Below, one piece after another: positions 1 to 9,072 of a stretch of DNA of 33,056 nucleotides. Below the pieces are notes generated by a model. The model was not told where the DNA came from. It did no database searches and saw nothing but the letters and a program-made list of their open reading frames with translations. The translations under genes were made by a program, and so were the position numbers. Position 1 is the stretch's first letter. Every line of letters starts with the position of its first letter. The DNA comes from Candidatus Poribacteria bacterium (GTDB lineage: Bacteria; Poribacteria; WGA-4E; UBA9662), in assembly GCA_046582655.1 (NCBI GenBank), contig JAYGDX010000104.1, forward strand, positions 1-33,056. The letters are read 5' to 3'.

Positions 1-174
1 AAGGGTAATCTCACCATGTCGGTTATGGCCGGAAGAATCTTTCATGACTTTTCCACCATCGTTTAGGAGCCAAGCCCCCATGAATTCGCCACCTTGAGCC
101 GTCGGTATCCACACATTGCCACCAAGCCCGAATATTAACAAAACAAGAATCCACATTATAAGAAATCGAGGCAT
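1..174 (-). CDS. N-terminus of exported LamG/concanavalin A-like jelly-roll protein (runs off window start)
   Basis: Not in ORF track. Manual translation from ATG 174: MPRFLIMWILVLLIFGLGGNVWIPTAQGGEFMGAWLLNDGGKVMKDSSGHNRHGEITL. Signal peptide followed by the 'GAWL...KDSSG.N.HG' start typical of LamG-like domains. AGGAG RBS at 186-190. Confidence 0.8.
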   Translation of the reverse strand, partial: MPRFLIMWILVLLIFGLGGNVWIPTAQGGEFMGAWLLNDGGKVMKDSSGHNRHGEITL

Positions 175-208
175 GTTTCAAAAGTCTCCTTTTTCAAATT
201 AAAATTGA

Positions 209-475
209 TTAAAGTGTTTGGCAGCGACTAAAAATGTTGGTCTCCTCATAATGGCGAAAAAAAATTGGCTTAAATTTTTCTCTGGATAAGTTCGCCCAGA
301 CCTTTTTTTCGCCAAATCGTATTACCAGTATCCGCCGAAATAAACTCGCTTGACACCAATTACGAAGCACTCTGGACATGCTCGTATTACGCATTTTAGC
401 GTACTTTTCAAGCTTCTCGGCCACCTCATCATCAACACGAAAAGTGATTGTACGACCCTTTTTATTTCCAATCAA
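209..475 (-). CDS. Small ribbon-helix-helix (CopG-like) DNA-binding protein
   Basis: RTITFRVDDEVAEKLEKYAKMRNTSMSRVLR fits the RHH pattern (alternating beta strand, helix, S-x-S turn, helix). TTG start with GAGAGGA upstream. The C-terminal half is not recognisable. Confidence 0.6.
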   Translation of the reverse strand: MIGNKKGRTITFRVDDEVAEKLEKYAKMRNTSMSRVLRNWCQASLFRRILVIRFGEKKVWANLSREKFKPIFFRHYEETNIFSRCQTL

Positions 476-516
476 TTAGGTCCTCTCAATTGTTGGCCAA
501 TCAATACTAAAAACCC

Positions 517-538
517 TCACTGGAAACGTTTCCAGTGA
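517..538. promoter_or_regulatory. Perfect 22-bp palindrome, LacI/GalR-type operator candidate
   Basis: TCACTGGAAAC|GTTTCCAGTGA. The core TGGAAACGTTTCCA matches the LacI-family TGnAAnCGnTTnCA consensus. Lies about 40 bp upstream of the RHH ORF. Confidence 0.65.
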
Positions 539-776
539 CAAAACTAAGCACACCTATGTCACTGCATATACCCGAAGTATGGAAACAGCGAAACCATACT
601 TACTATGGTAATGTGAGGTTTAATTCGCCAGATTTTCGTAGTTTTCTTGCTGACTTGGTACTGATTAAACTGCATCCTCAGAATGGGTTGGAGGTTGTTG
701 ATAGAATGGGTTTTCTTGAATCAAAGTCGACAGAAGCAATCTAAATCATCTGAAATCTGAAACAGAAAAGCCTAGT

Positions 777-1541
777 CTAGTGCATTTTTAGGATTGACCA
801 TGTCGTAGTCAGTTTCCCTTTTGCATCTACGACTCTCGGACCACGCCAAAAAAGAAAATTATGAAGAACTTCAGACACCTCTTTTTTTCCTGTTCTTCCT
901 AGCGATTGCAGAATTTGTAAGGAATTGAAGACAACATCTCCTTTACCTGCTTTGGCCCAAACAACTAACGGCCATTTGTTCTGCTTATCGGTTACTAATG
1001 GTTTCCAAGGTTTTGGGGCTTCATGCGGTCCATCTGCCATGAAATCTCCTACTCCCCAACCACCACCAAAATGCTTGTCAGTCAATACATTTGGCTTTTT
1101 GAAAATGTCGTGGTCCGCCAAAATAACACCGACGTTATCTTCTAAATCCGGATCGAGCAACGCAAGTGGATGAGGCAAAAAATTCTTGTTCCAAGTAGAA
1201 TCTTGTTGAAAATCAACAGTGACGAGATACCCCCCCTTTTCTACATATTCATTCACAATTTTGAAGTTTTCTTTTAAAGGTTCGTTTTTGTCGTAGGCAA
1301 CGACTCCAACAGCAATAACATCATACTTCAGCAACGTATCGATCTTATAATCGCCCTTTTCAAGTACTTCAAATTCAATTTCAGCATTTTTGAATGCTTG
1401 CTCTTCAACTTGAGCGTCGTTACCTCTACCCTGAACAAAACCTACTTTTAATTCTTGGGCGGAAAAAGCGGAGAATACGAAAAAAAACAAGACAATCAAA
1501 CAACAGTTGAAGCGTCTAAAAAGTAATACTTTTTGCAGCAT
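777..1541 (-). CDS. Exported protein, probable class I glutamine amidotransferase-like fold, with conserved C-terminal tail
   Basis: Signal peptide (...FFFVFSAFSA-QE). 'LLKYDVIAVG', 'YVEKGGYLV' and 'GKGDVVF' are GATase1-like structural motifs. Ends VVDAKGKLTTTWSILKMH. AGGAG RBS. Confidence 0.75.
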   Translation of the reverse strand: MLQKVLLFRRFNCCLIVLFFFVFSAFSAQELKVGFVQGRGNDAQVEEQAFKNAEIEFEVLEKGDYKIDTLLKYDVIAVGVVAYDKNEPLKENFKIVNEYVEKGGYLVTVDFQQDSTWNKNFLPHPLALLDPDLEDNVGVILADHDIFKKPNVLTDKHFGGGWGVGDFMADGPHEAPKPWKPLVTDKQNKWPLVVWAKAGKGDVVFNSLQILQSLGRTGKKEVSEVLHNFLFWRGPRVVDAKGKLTTTWSILKMH

Positions 1542-1688
1542 AATAACATCTCCTTAAGTTGAGATTAGAATCAGACATAATTCCAGGAATGATCAAACAT
1601 CTTCCCTGGATCCAAGACAGCAAGATGATCGCGTTTCTCATACCAAATCTCCAAGTTTCTTCTACAGAAGTTTCCTTATTCCAACTCG

Positions 1689-2384
1689 TCAATTCCTGCT
1701 TTGCTTCAGTTGTGCCCAAGAGGCAGCTAACCGATTTTGAGGTTGAACAGGTCTCAAATCTGGGGCAAACTGGGTAACATCAGCCGCTTCAATCTTCAGC
1801 TCTTCAAAATGAATCGGCGTATTGGCGTTTCTAGCTCCTAATCCGAATCGTCCTGTCTTGAATTTCGATTTCACATCTCCCACTCGCAAGCGAGGCACAC
1901 CATTGTAAAAAACAAGGAATATGTTATCTTGAAGTTCAATTCTTATGGTAACCGGTTTATTAATTACGATTCCATCCGTTTTGTCTCCACGCATAGCGGT
2001 GAATTTACCGCCGACAATCTTTCCCACAGTCATAAATTTATCTTTCCCGTGGAACTCAAAAGCGTATCCGTTCTGATCGTCTTTTAATCGAAAGAATATT
2101 ATTGGACGCTCCATACCTTTAGCAATCTTGTCAAAGCTGAAAGTGACTGTGATAATACCGTTAGCGACTTTCCAGGGACTATCCAAGACTGAAATAACCG
2201 GCTTATCCGCATCGACCACAGGCTTTGTGAGTGTGTACTTACCATCCGCGATTTGCCAGTTGCCAGATACCGGGCGCCAACCGTTAGCCACTCCATCCTC
2301 GAAGTCATCAACAAAAGTTCCAGCAGACGCTGGACTATAGATCCATAGGCCATAAATGAATAGAGATAATATGATTGTCTTCAT
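1689..2384 (-). CDS. Exported beta-jelly-roll protein (DUF1080/3-keto-glycoside hydratase-like or LamG-like) with C-terminal tail
   Basis: Start moved to ATG 2384 (AGGAG RBS; signal peptide MKTIILSLFIYGLWIYSPASA). Motifs 'FVDDFEDG..NGW...SGNW.I.DG', 'VFYNG' and 'GRFGL...IHFEELKI'. Ends VQPQNRLAASWAQLK. Confidence 0.7.
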   Translation of the reverse strand: MKTIILSLFIYGLWIYSPASAGTFVDDFEDGVANGWRPVSGNWQIADGKYTLTKPVVDADKPVISVLDSPWKVANGIITVTFSFDKIAKGMERPIIFFRLKDDQNGYAFEFHGKDKFMTVGKIVGGKFTAMRGDKTDGIVINKPVTIRIELQDNIFLVFYNGVPRLRVGDVKSKFKTGRFGLGARNANTPIHFEELKIEAADVTQFAPDLRPVQPQNRLAASWAQLKQSRN

Positions 2385-2576
2385 GATATTTATTCTCCTA
2401 TCACCTTCACAGATTGAATTCCTCAAAATTCGATCTGTGAGGGTAGATGGCTAGAAAAGTCAACGCTAAGCTTTCAGCATTCATTTAGCAACGGGCGGGG
2501 AATAAAATTGACGGATCACAAAAGAATCTCACTTGAGGCCACAGAGTATTGGTGATAAACTCTATTTGTGCGTGTC

Positions 2577-3410
2577 TTACCGCTTTTTCTTCAAACGTCC
2601 CCATTGTATTGCTAATTTGCCTTTAGAGGCAACAGAGAGTTCAACTCTAACAAATTTCAAATCGGCAAATCTTGAAGTATTCTGCCACGATTGGTCATCA
2701 ACGTCCTTAGCACTCCAAATCAGCTTATGGTCTCTACCACCACCATCATCATCGTCATTGAAGTGGGTATTGAAACCAATTATCATACCATCTTTGGGAA
2801 CCATATTCCATTTCTTCGGAGAATTGAGAGGTACACCGGCTTCAACGATCCAACCACCTGCAGCTTTGACAACTGCCGCGAACGTCCCCGTGCCGGGCCC
2901 CTCACCAGTTCCCCCTAGAAGCGGGGCTTTTACCTTGCCACCGATGTTATCAGCACCGATGGTGATTTGGCTGTCCCATTTTCCATCTTTCTTTTCATAG
3001 ATGTCCGTTTCCCCATGATTGGGATCGATGTATATTTCTACAGAGTCGTCCTGCCAGACGTTGTTGCCAACCTGTTCACCTTTTTGTATCTTGTCATCTT
3101 TAATTTTGAAGGCAACATAAAGCCATTTTTCATCAGCAACAGCAGCAAAAGCATAAGAAGCATCTGCTTCGTTTGGTGCAGGGCCGGTTCCCGTTATATT
3201 ATCGACAAAATGCCAAGGGGCCAATGTCCACGCTTGGTCCTCTAGGTTACCATCCAATTCAACCGTATTGGGAAAGGCACATTCGTAGACAACACCGAAT
3301 TTGCCGCCTTTGACCTGTTGACCGGGTTCAATCTTATTAGCAAAGACTGGACAGATAAAGAATGAAATGACAACTAATACAAAAGTGATAGTGAGAATAA
3401 ATCGCTGCAT
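2577..3410 (-). CDS. Exported CBM9/DOMON-like sugar-binding protein with C-terminal tail
   Basis: Signal peptide. CBM9-like motifs 'ELDGNLED.AW', 'DEKWLYVAFKIKDD', 'WQDDSVEIYID', 'GWIVEAGVPL' and 'IGFN..FNDDD'. Ends VASKGKLAIQWGRLK. Confidence 0.85.
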   Translation of the reverse strand: MQRFILTITFVLVVISFFICPVFANKIEPGQQVKGGKFGVVYECAFPNTVELDGNLEDQAWTLAPWHFVDNITGTGPAPNEADASYAFAAVADEKWLYVAFKIKDDKIQKGEQVGNNVWQDDSVEIYIDPNHGETDIYEKKDGKWDSQITIGADNIGGKVKAPLLGGTGEGPGTGTFAAVVKAAGGWIVEAGVPLNSPKKWNMVPKDGMIIGFNTHFNDDDDGGGRDHKLIWSAKDVDDQSWQNTSRFADLKFVRVELSVASKGKLAIQWGRLKKKR

Positions 3411-3962
3411 CTTGACATCTCCTAAATTTACTAAACATACTTAGTCTAAATTATATGCAAACCCAAAAAACTACCATTTAGCTTTGTACGCCTTTATAGT
3501 AGTAACCCAAAACAAGGCACCAATAATATAACATAATCTTTAGATATACCAACCCTAGCTAAAGGCATCTAAATACTTCGTTTATTTACTATATGTTAAA
3601 GTTTTGCTTGTATTCTGAATGATTTATTTTGCCAGCTAACAATCTGTGAGCCTTTTAGAAATGCATCGTTGATATCGATACTGTCAACATGCATTGATAT
3701 CAAACAACAATACGCTATCCACTGATCTTTTAGAGACATGAAAATTGAGAGAGTCAACGTTTGGCTTTAAGATCTCCCCACCTTGTAGCCAACTTGCCAT
3801 GCACTTCAACAGCGGTGGAACCTCCAGGTACGCCATCGCCTCGAATTGTAATTTATTTGATTCTAGGAAAAGTACATGCATTCTCTCTATCGATTGGGAC
3901 CAGCTAAAGCCTCAATTAGTATAATCTCCTCAATCAAAGTATTGTCAAATAAGGTATTCAAT

Positions 3963-3990
3963 TAACATCCTACCTCTAACATCCTACCTC
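3963..3990. repeat. Perfect 14-bp tandem duplication
   Basis: TAACATCCTACCTC at 3963-3976 and again at 3977-3990. Confidence 0.9.
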
Positions 3991-4070
3991 GAGTTTTCCC
4001 AACGATGTCGTGAGTTTCCCTGCTGGCTCAACTGAGGTATCGGTTCCAACCGTGGTGGAGAAATGGAAGT
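3976..4070 (-). pseudogene. 3' remnant of an exported protein gene carrying the C-terminal tail
   Basis: Encodes ...TVGTDTSVEPAGKLTTSLGKLE, the same tail with W->L and K->E. No recognisable domain upstream. The 5' boundary is approximate. Confidence 0.6.
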
Positions 4071-4451
4071 ACACAATCACATTGAGATATTGGATTAATA
4101 GCATCGCAAACACTCTTGACACTTGAGTCACATTGGTTAGAGTATCCAAAATACGAATTAATTTTATCATACTTCATGTTTGAACAAAAGAATTATCTTT
4201 TTTTAATGTTTTTGTAACATCAGAATCATATGGATTCAATCCAAGTAAGTAGATTGACAGCAGGAAAGAAACCTATCCAGAAAGTAGCAGAGAAAGGCAA
4301 AAAAAGGCCATTCTCATTCCAACACTGATTCTACGAGTGTTCTTGATAAGCAGTAGGCTTTATGATTCGCGAGTTTGATTCAGGATATTCGACGCCCATA
4401 ATTTTCGGCAGCAAAAATCTTGCTGCTTCAGTGTCTACTTTTACTTTTGAT

Positions 4452-5204
4452 TTAGACAGGTGGGCAAATATTATCTGGAGGCAAAGTACCGACCTGTAAA
4501 TTCAACGGGTCAGTTACCATATGATTTTTACCGTTGTAAGCCGCATTTGCATCGATGAAAATTACCACGTGCGCTACACGCCACTGATCCGACTGGTTCG
4601 GCCCCGCGGTGTGAAAGGTCATACCATGGTGAAAAGTGCAGTCTCCAACCTGAAGCGGGATGGTGAGGCGAGGCCACCACTGCAAATCCGGCATCTCCTT
4701 CCTCCAGCCTTCTTGATCTGAGGTGGCAATATCACGAACGTGCATCAACTGATGGGAACCGGGCAGAAAAGACATGCACCCCATTTCAACGGTGGTGTCC
4801 TGCAGAGCAATCCAAGCTGAAAGTGCCATGCTTTGCCGATCATAGGGCCATTTGACCAGATCCTGATGAAAAGCCGTGGAAATAGGGAGTTCCGGCATTT
4901 TAGCCAAAATGTGATCATGCCACATTCGTAACTTGGTATCGGCCAACCTAGTAGCCACGGCTGTCAGGTTGGGGTGAAAGGTTAGTTCTCGCATGATTTC
5001 ATCCTGGCACCAGACATTCACCTTTTGGTGGAACGCTCTGCTACTATAATCATTGGGATTTTCTGCTTGCAGTCGGTCGAGGATCCGCATGGCAGCCTGA
5101 TGAAACCGTTCCGCCTCCGACTTGCTGATCACCTTTGGGATTCTAACAACACCTTCTGTACGAAACGCCGCTATTAATTCAATTGTTAATTCGCTTGCTC
5201 TCAT
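4452..5204 (-). CDS. PhyH-family Fe(II)/2-oxoglutarate dioxygenase (canonical HQD)
   Basis: 'FHQD', 'WIALQD....GCM..LPGSH', distal His in 'FHTAGPN' and Arg in 'WRVA'. Confidence 0.92.
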   Translation of the reverse strand: MRASELTIELIAAFRTEGVVRIPKVISKSEAERFHQAAMRILDRLQAENPNDYSSRAFHQKVNVWCQDEIMRELTFHPNLTAVATRLADTKLRMWHDHILAKMPELPISTAFHQDLVKWPYDRQSMALSAWIALQDTTVEMGCMSFLPGSHQLMHVRDIATSDQEGWRKEMPDLQWWPRLTIPLQVGDCTFHHGMTFHTAGPNQSDQWRVAHVVIFIDANAAYNGKNHMVTDPLNLQVGTLPPDNICPPV

Positions 5205-5244
5205 GTTGTTCTGAATTCTAACTCCACTTTAAGAAATAAAACTA

Positions 5245-5979
5245 TTACGATTGTTCTCTTCGCCATGCTTCATACTCCGCCCGTGCTTCTTCAGACAGTG
5301 GATAGTATTTGCGCAGATCGCCACCTTGGGCTAATTTCATGCGGCTGAAATCCTCCCAATCAGCGTGCTCCTTCGCGTTCCTTACCAGTTCAGGCGCCAA
5401 TTGTTTGGGAACGACGACAACCCCATCATCATCGGCCACAATGATGTCCCCAGGCATAACCAATGTGCCACCACAAGCAATAGGTTGATTTACGGCAAAA
5501 GGAAAGATATTGGTTTGTGTATGAAAGTTGGGCGTTACGCCTCTCATCCAAAACCCTAGCCCCAGATTGATGGCATACGGCAAGTCACGAATACAACCGT
5601 CCACAACGACCCCAGAGCCGCCACGGCCTTTGAAATAGGTAAGCATCATCTCGCCAAAAACGCCGCTGCTCATATCACCTCGAGCGTCAACCGCAACAAC
5701 ATCACCAGGTTGGGTATGGTAAAGCACATGTCGGTGCAGTTGTTTTTCAGGGTCGGCATATTCATCTACTGAATACTGATCTTCGCGTTTGGGCATGAAT
5801 TGCAGGGTCAGGGCTGGGCCGACAACAATTTTACCTGGTGTCATGGGGACAGGTCCCAGAATTTGTGGGTCGCGTATCCCGAGACGGTAAAGTTCTCCAC
5901 TGGCTGTGGCACTGCCGATGGTCGCTAAGGACAATATCAATTCCTGAGGAGGACGTTCGATATCTGGTGTTTGGATCAT
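5245..5979 (-). CDS. RraA-like / HMG-CHA aldolase family protein
   Basis: 'VGPALT', 'PGDVVAVDA', 'GVFGEMM', 'VVDGCIRD' and 'V.PGDIIVADDDGVVVVP'. Confidence 0.9.
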   Translation of the reverse strand: MIQTPDIERPPQELILSLATIGSATASGELYRLGIRDPQILGPVPMTPGKIVVGPALTLQFMPKREDQYSVDEYADPEKQLHRHVLYHTQPGDVVAVDARGDMSSGVFGEMMLTYFKGRGGSGVVVDGCIRDLPYAINLGLGFWMRGVTPNFHTQTNIFPFAVNQPIACGGTLVMPGDIIVADDDGVVVVPKQLAPELVRNAKEHADWEDFSRMKLAQGGDLRKYYPLSEEARAEYEAWRREQS

Positions 5980-6085
5980 TATTTCTCCTTACTAAATCTC
6001 AGTTCTTGAGATAATGATTCGATGATCAACTCTCTCTTAACAAACTATCGTTAATTTCACCATTCTTGGCAAATATTTAAACTGG

Positions 6086-6931
6086 TTAGTCTAACATCCC
6101 AGCATCCTGACAAGGACCACCGCTTTGATCAACGGCAACATGACTCACCACGTTCCCCTGCATATCCAAAACAGGGTGGTAGAATTTGGCCAGATTTTCG
6201 GTCATATTATCCACGTAGTGACCGATGAAAGTGCGCCTGCTGCGTGTGTGCGAATGATTGGGTTCTGATCCATGAATTAATTGACCGCTAAAAAACAGTG
6301 TTTGACCTCGCTTCATGCAAATTGGAACAATATTCGACTTTTGCACCATATCTAAGATGCTGGTTTTTTTACCTTCCTTGGTGGGGGGACATAAAATCTC
6401 TTCTCGGTGCGAGCCCTGAACGACCTTCAGACAACCATTTTCTTCGTCTGTGTCATCTAAAGGAGTCCAGGTAGCGATGCAGGTCGCAGGTTTCGATAGG
6501 AGAAAGAAATTGTCCTGATGCATTCCCTGCCCTACTGATTGAGGCGGCTTATAATAGTACATCGTCTGAGCTGCCAGGGCGGGACATTCTAGCAGAAAGG
6601 CCAGTACCTGCGCGATTCTGGGATGGAGATACCATTGCTTAACCTGCGAACTAAAACGGTGTGGATGCATGGCACGAAGGAGCTCTTTTGATGGATCAAT
6701 ATCATCAAACTCGACGGTATGGTTATCCGCCAAACCGTCGTCAGTACCAATGTAGTCTCCGAAGGCTTTGTAATCCTGAACCTTAAAATCCTCGAAAAAG
6801 GTCTCCATGACATTGAGTTCAGCAGGTGGATAAACGTTATCCACGACACAGTACCCCTCTGCCTCATAGCTTTCCTTAGCAGCAGTCAAAACGCCGTGGC
6901 CAACACGGTCCGCCTTTAATGAATGATTCAT
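6086..6931 (-). CDS. PhyH-family Fe(II)/2OG dioxygenase (canonical HQD)
   Basis: 'KPP...GQGMHQDN', 'ENGCLKVVQGSH' and 'IHGSEPN.S..RSRR'. Confidence 0.92.
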   Translation of the reverse strand: MNHSLKADRVGHGVLTAAKESYEAEGYCVVDNVYPPAELNVMETFFEDFKVQDYKAFGDYIGTDDGLADNHTVEFDDIDPSKELLRAMHPHRFSSQVKQWYLHPRIAQVLAFLLECPALAAQTMYYYKPPQSVGQGMHQDNFFLLSKPATCIATWTPLDDTDEENGCLKVVQGSHREEILCPPTKEGKKTSILDMVQKSNIVPICMKRGQTLFFSGQLIHGSEPNHSHTRSRRTFIGHYVDNMTENLAKFYHPVLDMQGNVVSHVAVDQSGGPCQDAGMLD

Positions 6932-6976
6932 AGGGTTTATGCTCCTTGATGTTTGTTGATTTATTAATCCAAATTG

Positions 6977-7768
6977 CTACAGTAATCCTTTAACCATGCC
7001 GCCATCTACTTGAATGGTTGTGCCGGTAATATAACTGGCACGTTCGGAAGCCAGAAAAACCACCAGATTAGCGAATTCCTGTGGATTTCCAATCCGACCG
7101 AGCGGAATACTCTGGGTCATATTCTCAATGGCCTCGTCAAACGTAATACCTGCTTCTTCTGCCCGTACGGTTGCTAACTGCTGAATGCGATCGGTGAAGA
7201 TAATACCTGGACAAACATTGTTGATTAGAATATTTTCAGGTGCCAGTTCAGTAGCCAGCGTTTTAGCAAACCCAATGACGCCGGTTCGAGCCATATTGGA
7301 TAACATCAGCCCCTCAACCGGCTGTTTAACAGAAACCGAGGTCAGATTGATGATGCGCCCACCGCCACGCGCACGCATGCTAGGCAACACTGCCCGTGTC
7401 AGGTTAATGGTACTCATCAGGTTCAAATTGACGGCATCCTGATAATCTGTAATATCCAGATCGTCGAACCTCCCGGCTCTGGGGCCACCAGCATTATTAA
7501 CCAGAATATCAATTCCCCCAAAGTGTTCAATGCTAGCTTGGATCAGGTTCTCAACATCATTGGGGTTACTAACATCCGTTAACATTGACATGACTTCAGA
7601 TCCGGTGTTTTCACGAATCTCAGCTGCAGTAGCTTCAAGCGTCTCTTCGTTCCGTGCACAGACAACAATTCTGGCACCTTCTTCGGCTAACCCGTGCGCA
7701 ATCGCTCTACCAAGACCTTTGCTAGATGCGCCAACCACGGCCACTTTGTTTTTAAGTCCAAGTTCCAT
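6977..7768 (-). CDS. Short-chain dehydrogenase/reductase
   Basis: 'GASSKGLG', 'DILVNNAG', 'SNMAR' in place of the YxxxK motif, and 'ASYITGTTIQVDGG'. Confidence 0.92.
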   Translation of the reverse strand: MELGLKNKVAVVGASSKGLGRAIAHGLAEEGARIVVCARNEETLEATAAEIRENTGSEVMSMLTDVSNPNDVENLIQASIEHFGGIDILVNNAGGPRAGRFDDLDITDYQDAVNLNLMSTINLTRAVLPSMRARGGGRIINLTSVSVKQPVEGLMLSNMARTGVIGFAKTLATELAPENILINNVCPGIIFTDRIQQLATVRAEEAGITFDEAIENMTQSIPLGRIGNPQEFANLVVFLASERASYITGTTIQVDGGMVKGLL

Positions 7769-7880
7769 AGCTTCTCCTTGATCAATTTGGGTTCATCACC
7801 AACCCATAGGTTATTGTAAAATGTAATCTATAATCTCGAATCAGTAAATGTTAGGGGTTTTGACAATTTACGGTGGATAT

Positions 7881-8846
7881 TTAGTACCATTGAGATTTAT
7901 CTACTATATTGCGCAAGGGTTGACCTACTGCAAAACGCTGAGCGTTATCCAGCAGTAGGGCGAACCAACGATCAGAAATGTTCTCTGCATCTTTCACCGC
8001 AATGTGGGGAGTCAGCAGGACATTCGGTAACGTCCACAACCTGTGATCTTCGGGAAACGGCTCAGTTTCAAAGACGTCCAATGCGCATCCCGCAATCTGA
8101 CCACTTTCTAAGGCTTGAGTTAGATCCTCGATTTTGGTGGTGGCACCGCGGCCAATATTGATAAAATAGGCCGTTGGTTTCATTAGCTTGAATCGCTTCG
8201 TGTTCCACATTCCTTCTGTCTGGGGTGTATGAGGCACAGTGACAATCACAAAATCGGCTTCCGGCAGTAGTGAGTACAGATCTTCAGGAGGGTGTTTTTC
8301 TATTTCAGTTACTTCATACTCCCACCGAGCATCAATACCCAGTACACGCATACCAAAGGCACGGCAGAGCCGAGCGGTTTCATGACCAATGCCACCGACA
8401 CCGACAATCAGCGCTGTCGCGTTAGTCAAATCGATATATTGACTTTTTTGCGCTGAAGTGTCCCAGCGCTGGTCACGTTGTGCGTCCATGTAGTAAGGCA
8501 GACCACGGGCTAAAGCCAACACATACATCAGGATATGCTGACCGATGTGGTCGTTATAGACACCACGTGGGTTGCAGATTTCCACTGGATGATCAACCAA
8601 TTCTTGGTAGTAGAAACCGGGTTTAGGACCTGCCGCCGGACTCTGCAACCAACGCAACTTCTGAGCTAACGGCAACATTTCAGGCGGCACCCAACCAAAG
8701 ACGGCATCAGCATCAGCCAGTTCACCACGCGTTTCCTCATCTGTTTCAGGTAAAACAACCTGATATTGCGGAATTTGCCCTATAATTTCTCCTGCCCACT
8801 GTCGAGACCGTTCGCTTTGCGGAGGCATCATTACCAATTTCGGCAT
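7881..8846 (-). CDS. D-isomer-specific 2-hydroxyacid dehydrogenase
   Basis: Start moved to ATG 8846 (AGGAAGGA upstream). Motifs 'GVGGIG', 'VPHTPQT', 'FINIGRG', 'LDVFETEP' and 'LTPHIA'. Confidence 0.92.
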   Translation of the reverse strand: MPKLVMMPPQSERSRQWAGEIIGQIPQYQVVLPETDEETRGELADADAVFGWVPPEMLPLAQKLRWLQSPAAGPKPGFYYQELVDHPVEICNPRGVYNDHIGQHILMYVLALARGLPYYMDAQRDQRWDTSAQKSQYIDLTNATALIVGVGGIGHETARLCRAFGMRVLGIDARWEYEVTEIEKHPPEDLYSLLPEADFVIVTVPHTPQTEGMWNTKRFKLMKPTAYFINIGRGATTKIEDLTQALESGQIAGCALDVFETEPFPEDHRLWTLPNVLLTPHIAVKDAENISDRWFALLLDNAQRFAVGQPLRNIVDKSQWY

Positions 8847-9072
8847 CTTCGTTTGTTCCTTCCTCTTACCTAAGTGAATGCTATATTGTTTAGGTCTACT
8901 TTTCATCTTCCAAATAAATGCAGTAGATCCATTAAGATCAGCCAGTATTAAAAGCCCTCCACTGCCTTCAGCAGCGAAATCTTCCGCTGACACACTATTT
9001 CGTCGTAATTGGGATCCAATAGATGGGTCCCACCGGGTACTCAGGTTAAACCAACCCAGTCAAGTTCATTTA

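Noticed and set aside
3684..3881. 65-aa ORF with faint Fic-like 'EVPPLL..MASWL' segment
   Set aside because: No HPFxxGNGR motif, weak RBS and too short to support a call.
4408..4426. Rho-independent terminator for the minus-strand gene run
   Set aside because: A 7-bp stem is present but no U-tract follows on the minus strand.
5245..5979. RNase E regulator or menaquinone methyltransferase
   Set aside because: It retains the aldolase-type G-x-x-M and R-D motifs and sits among catabolic enzymes, so an aldolase is more plausible.
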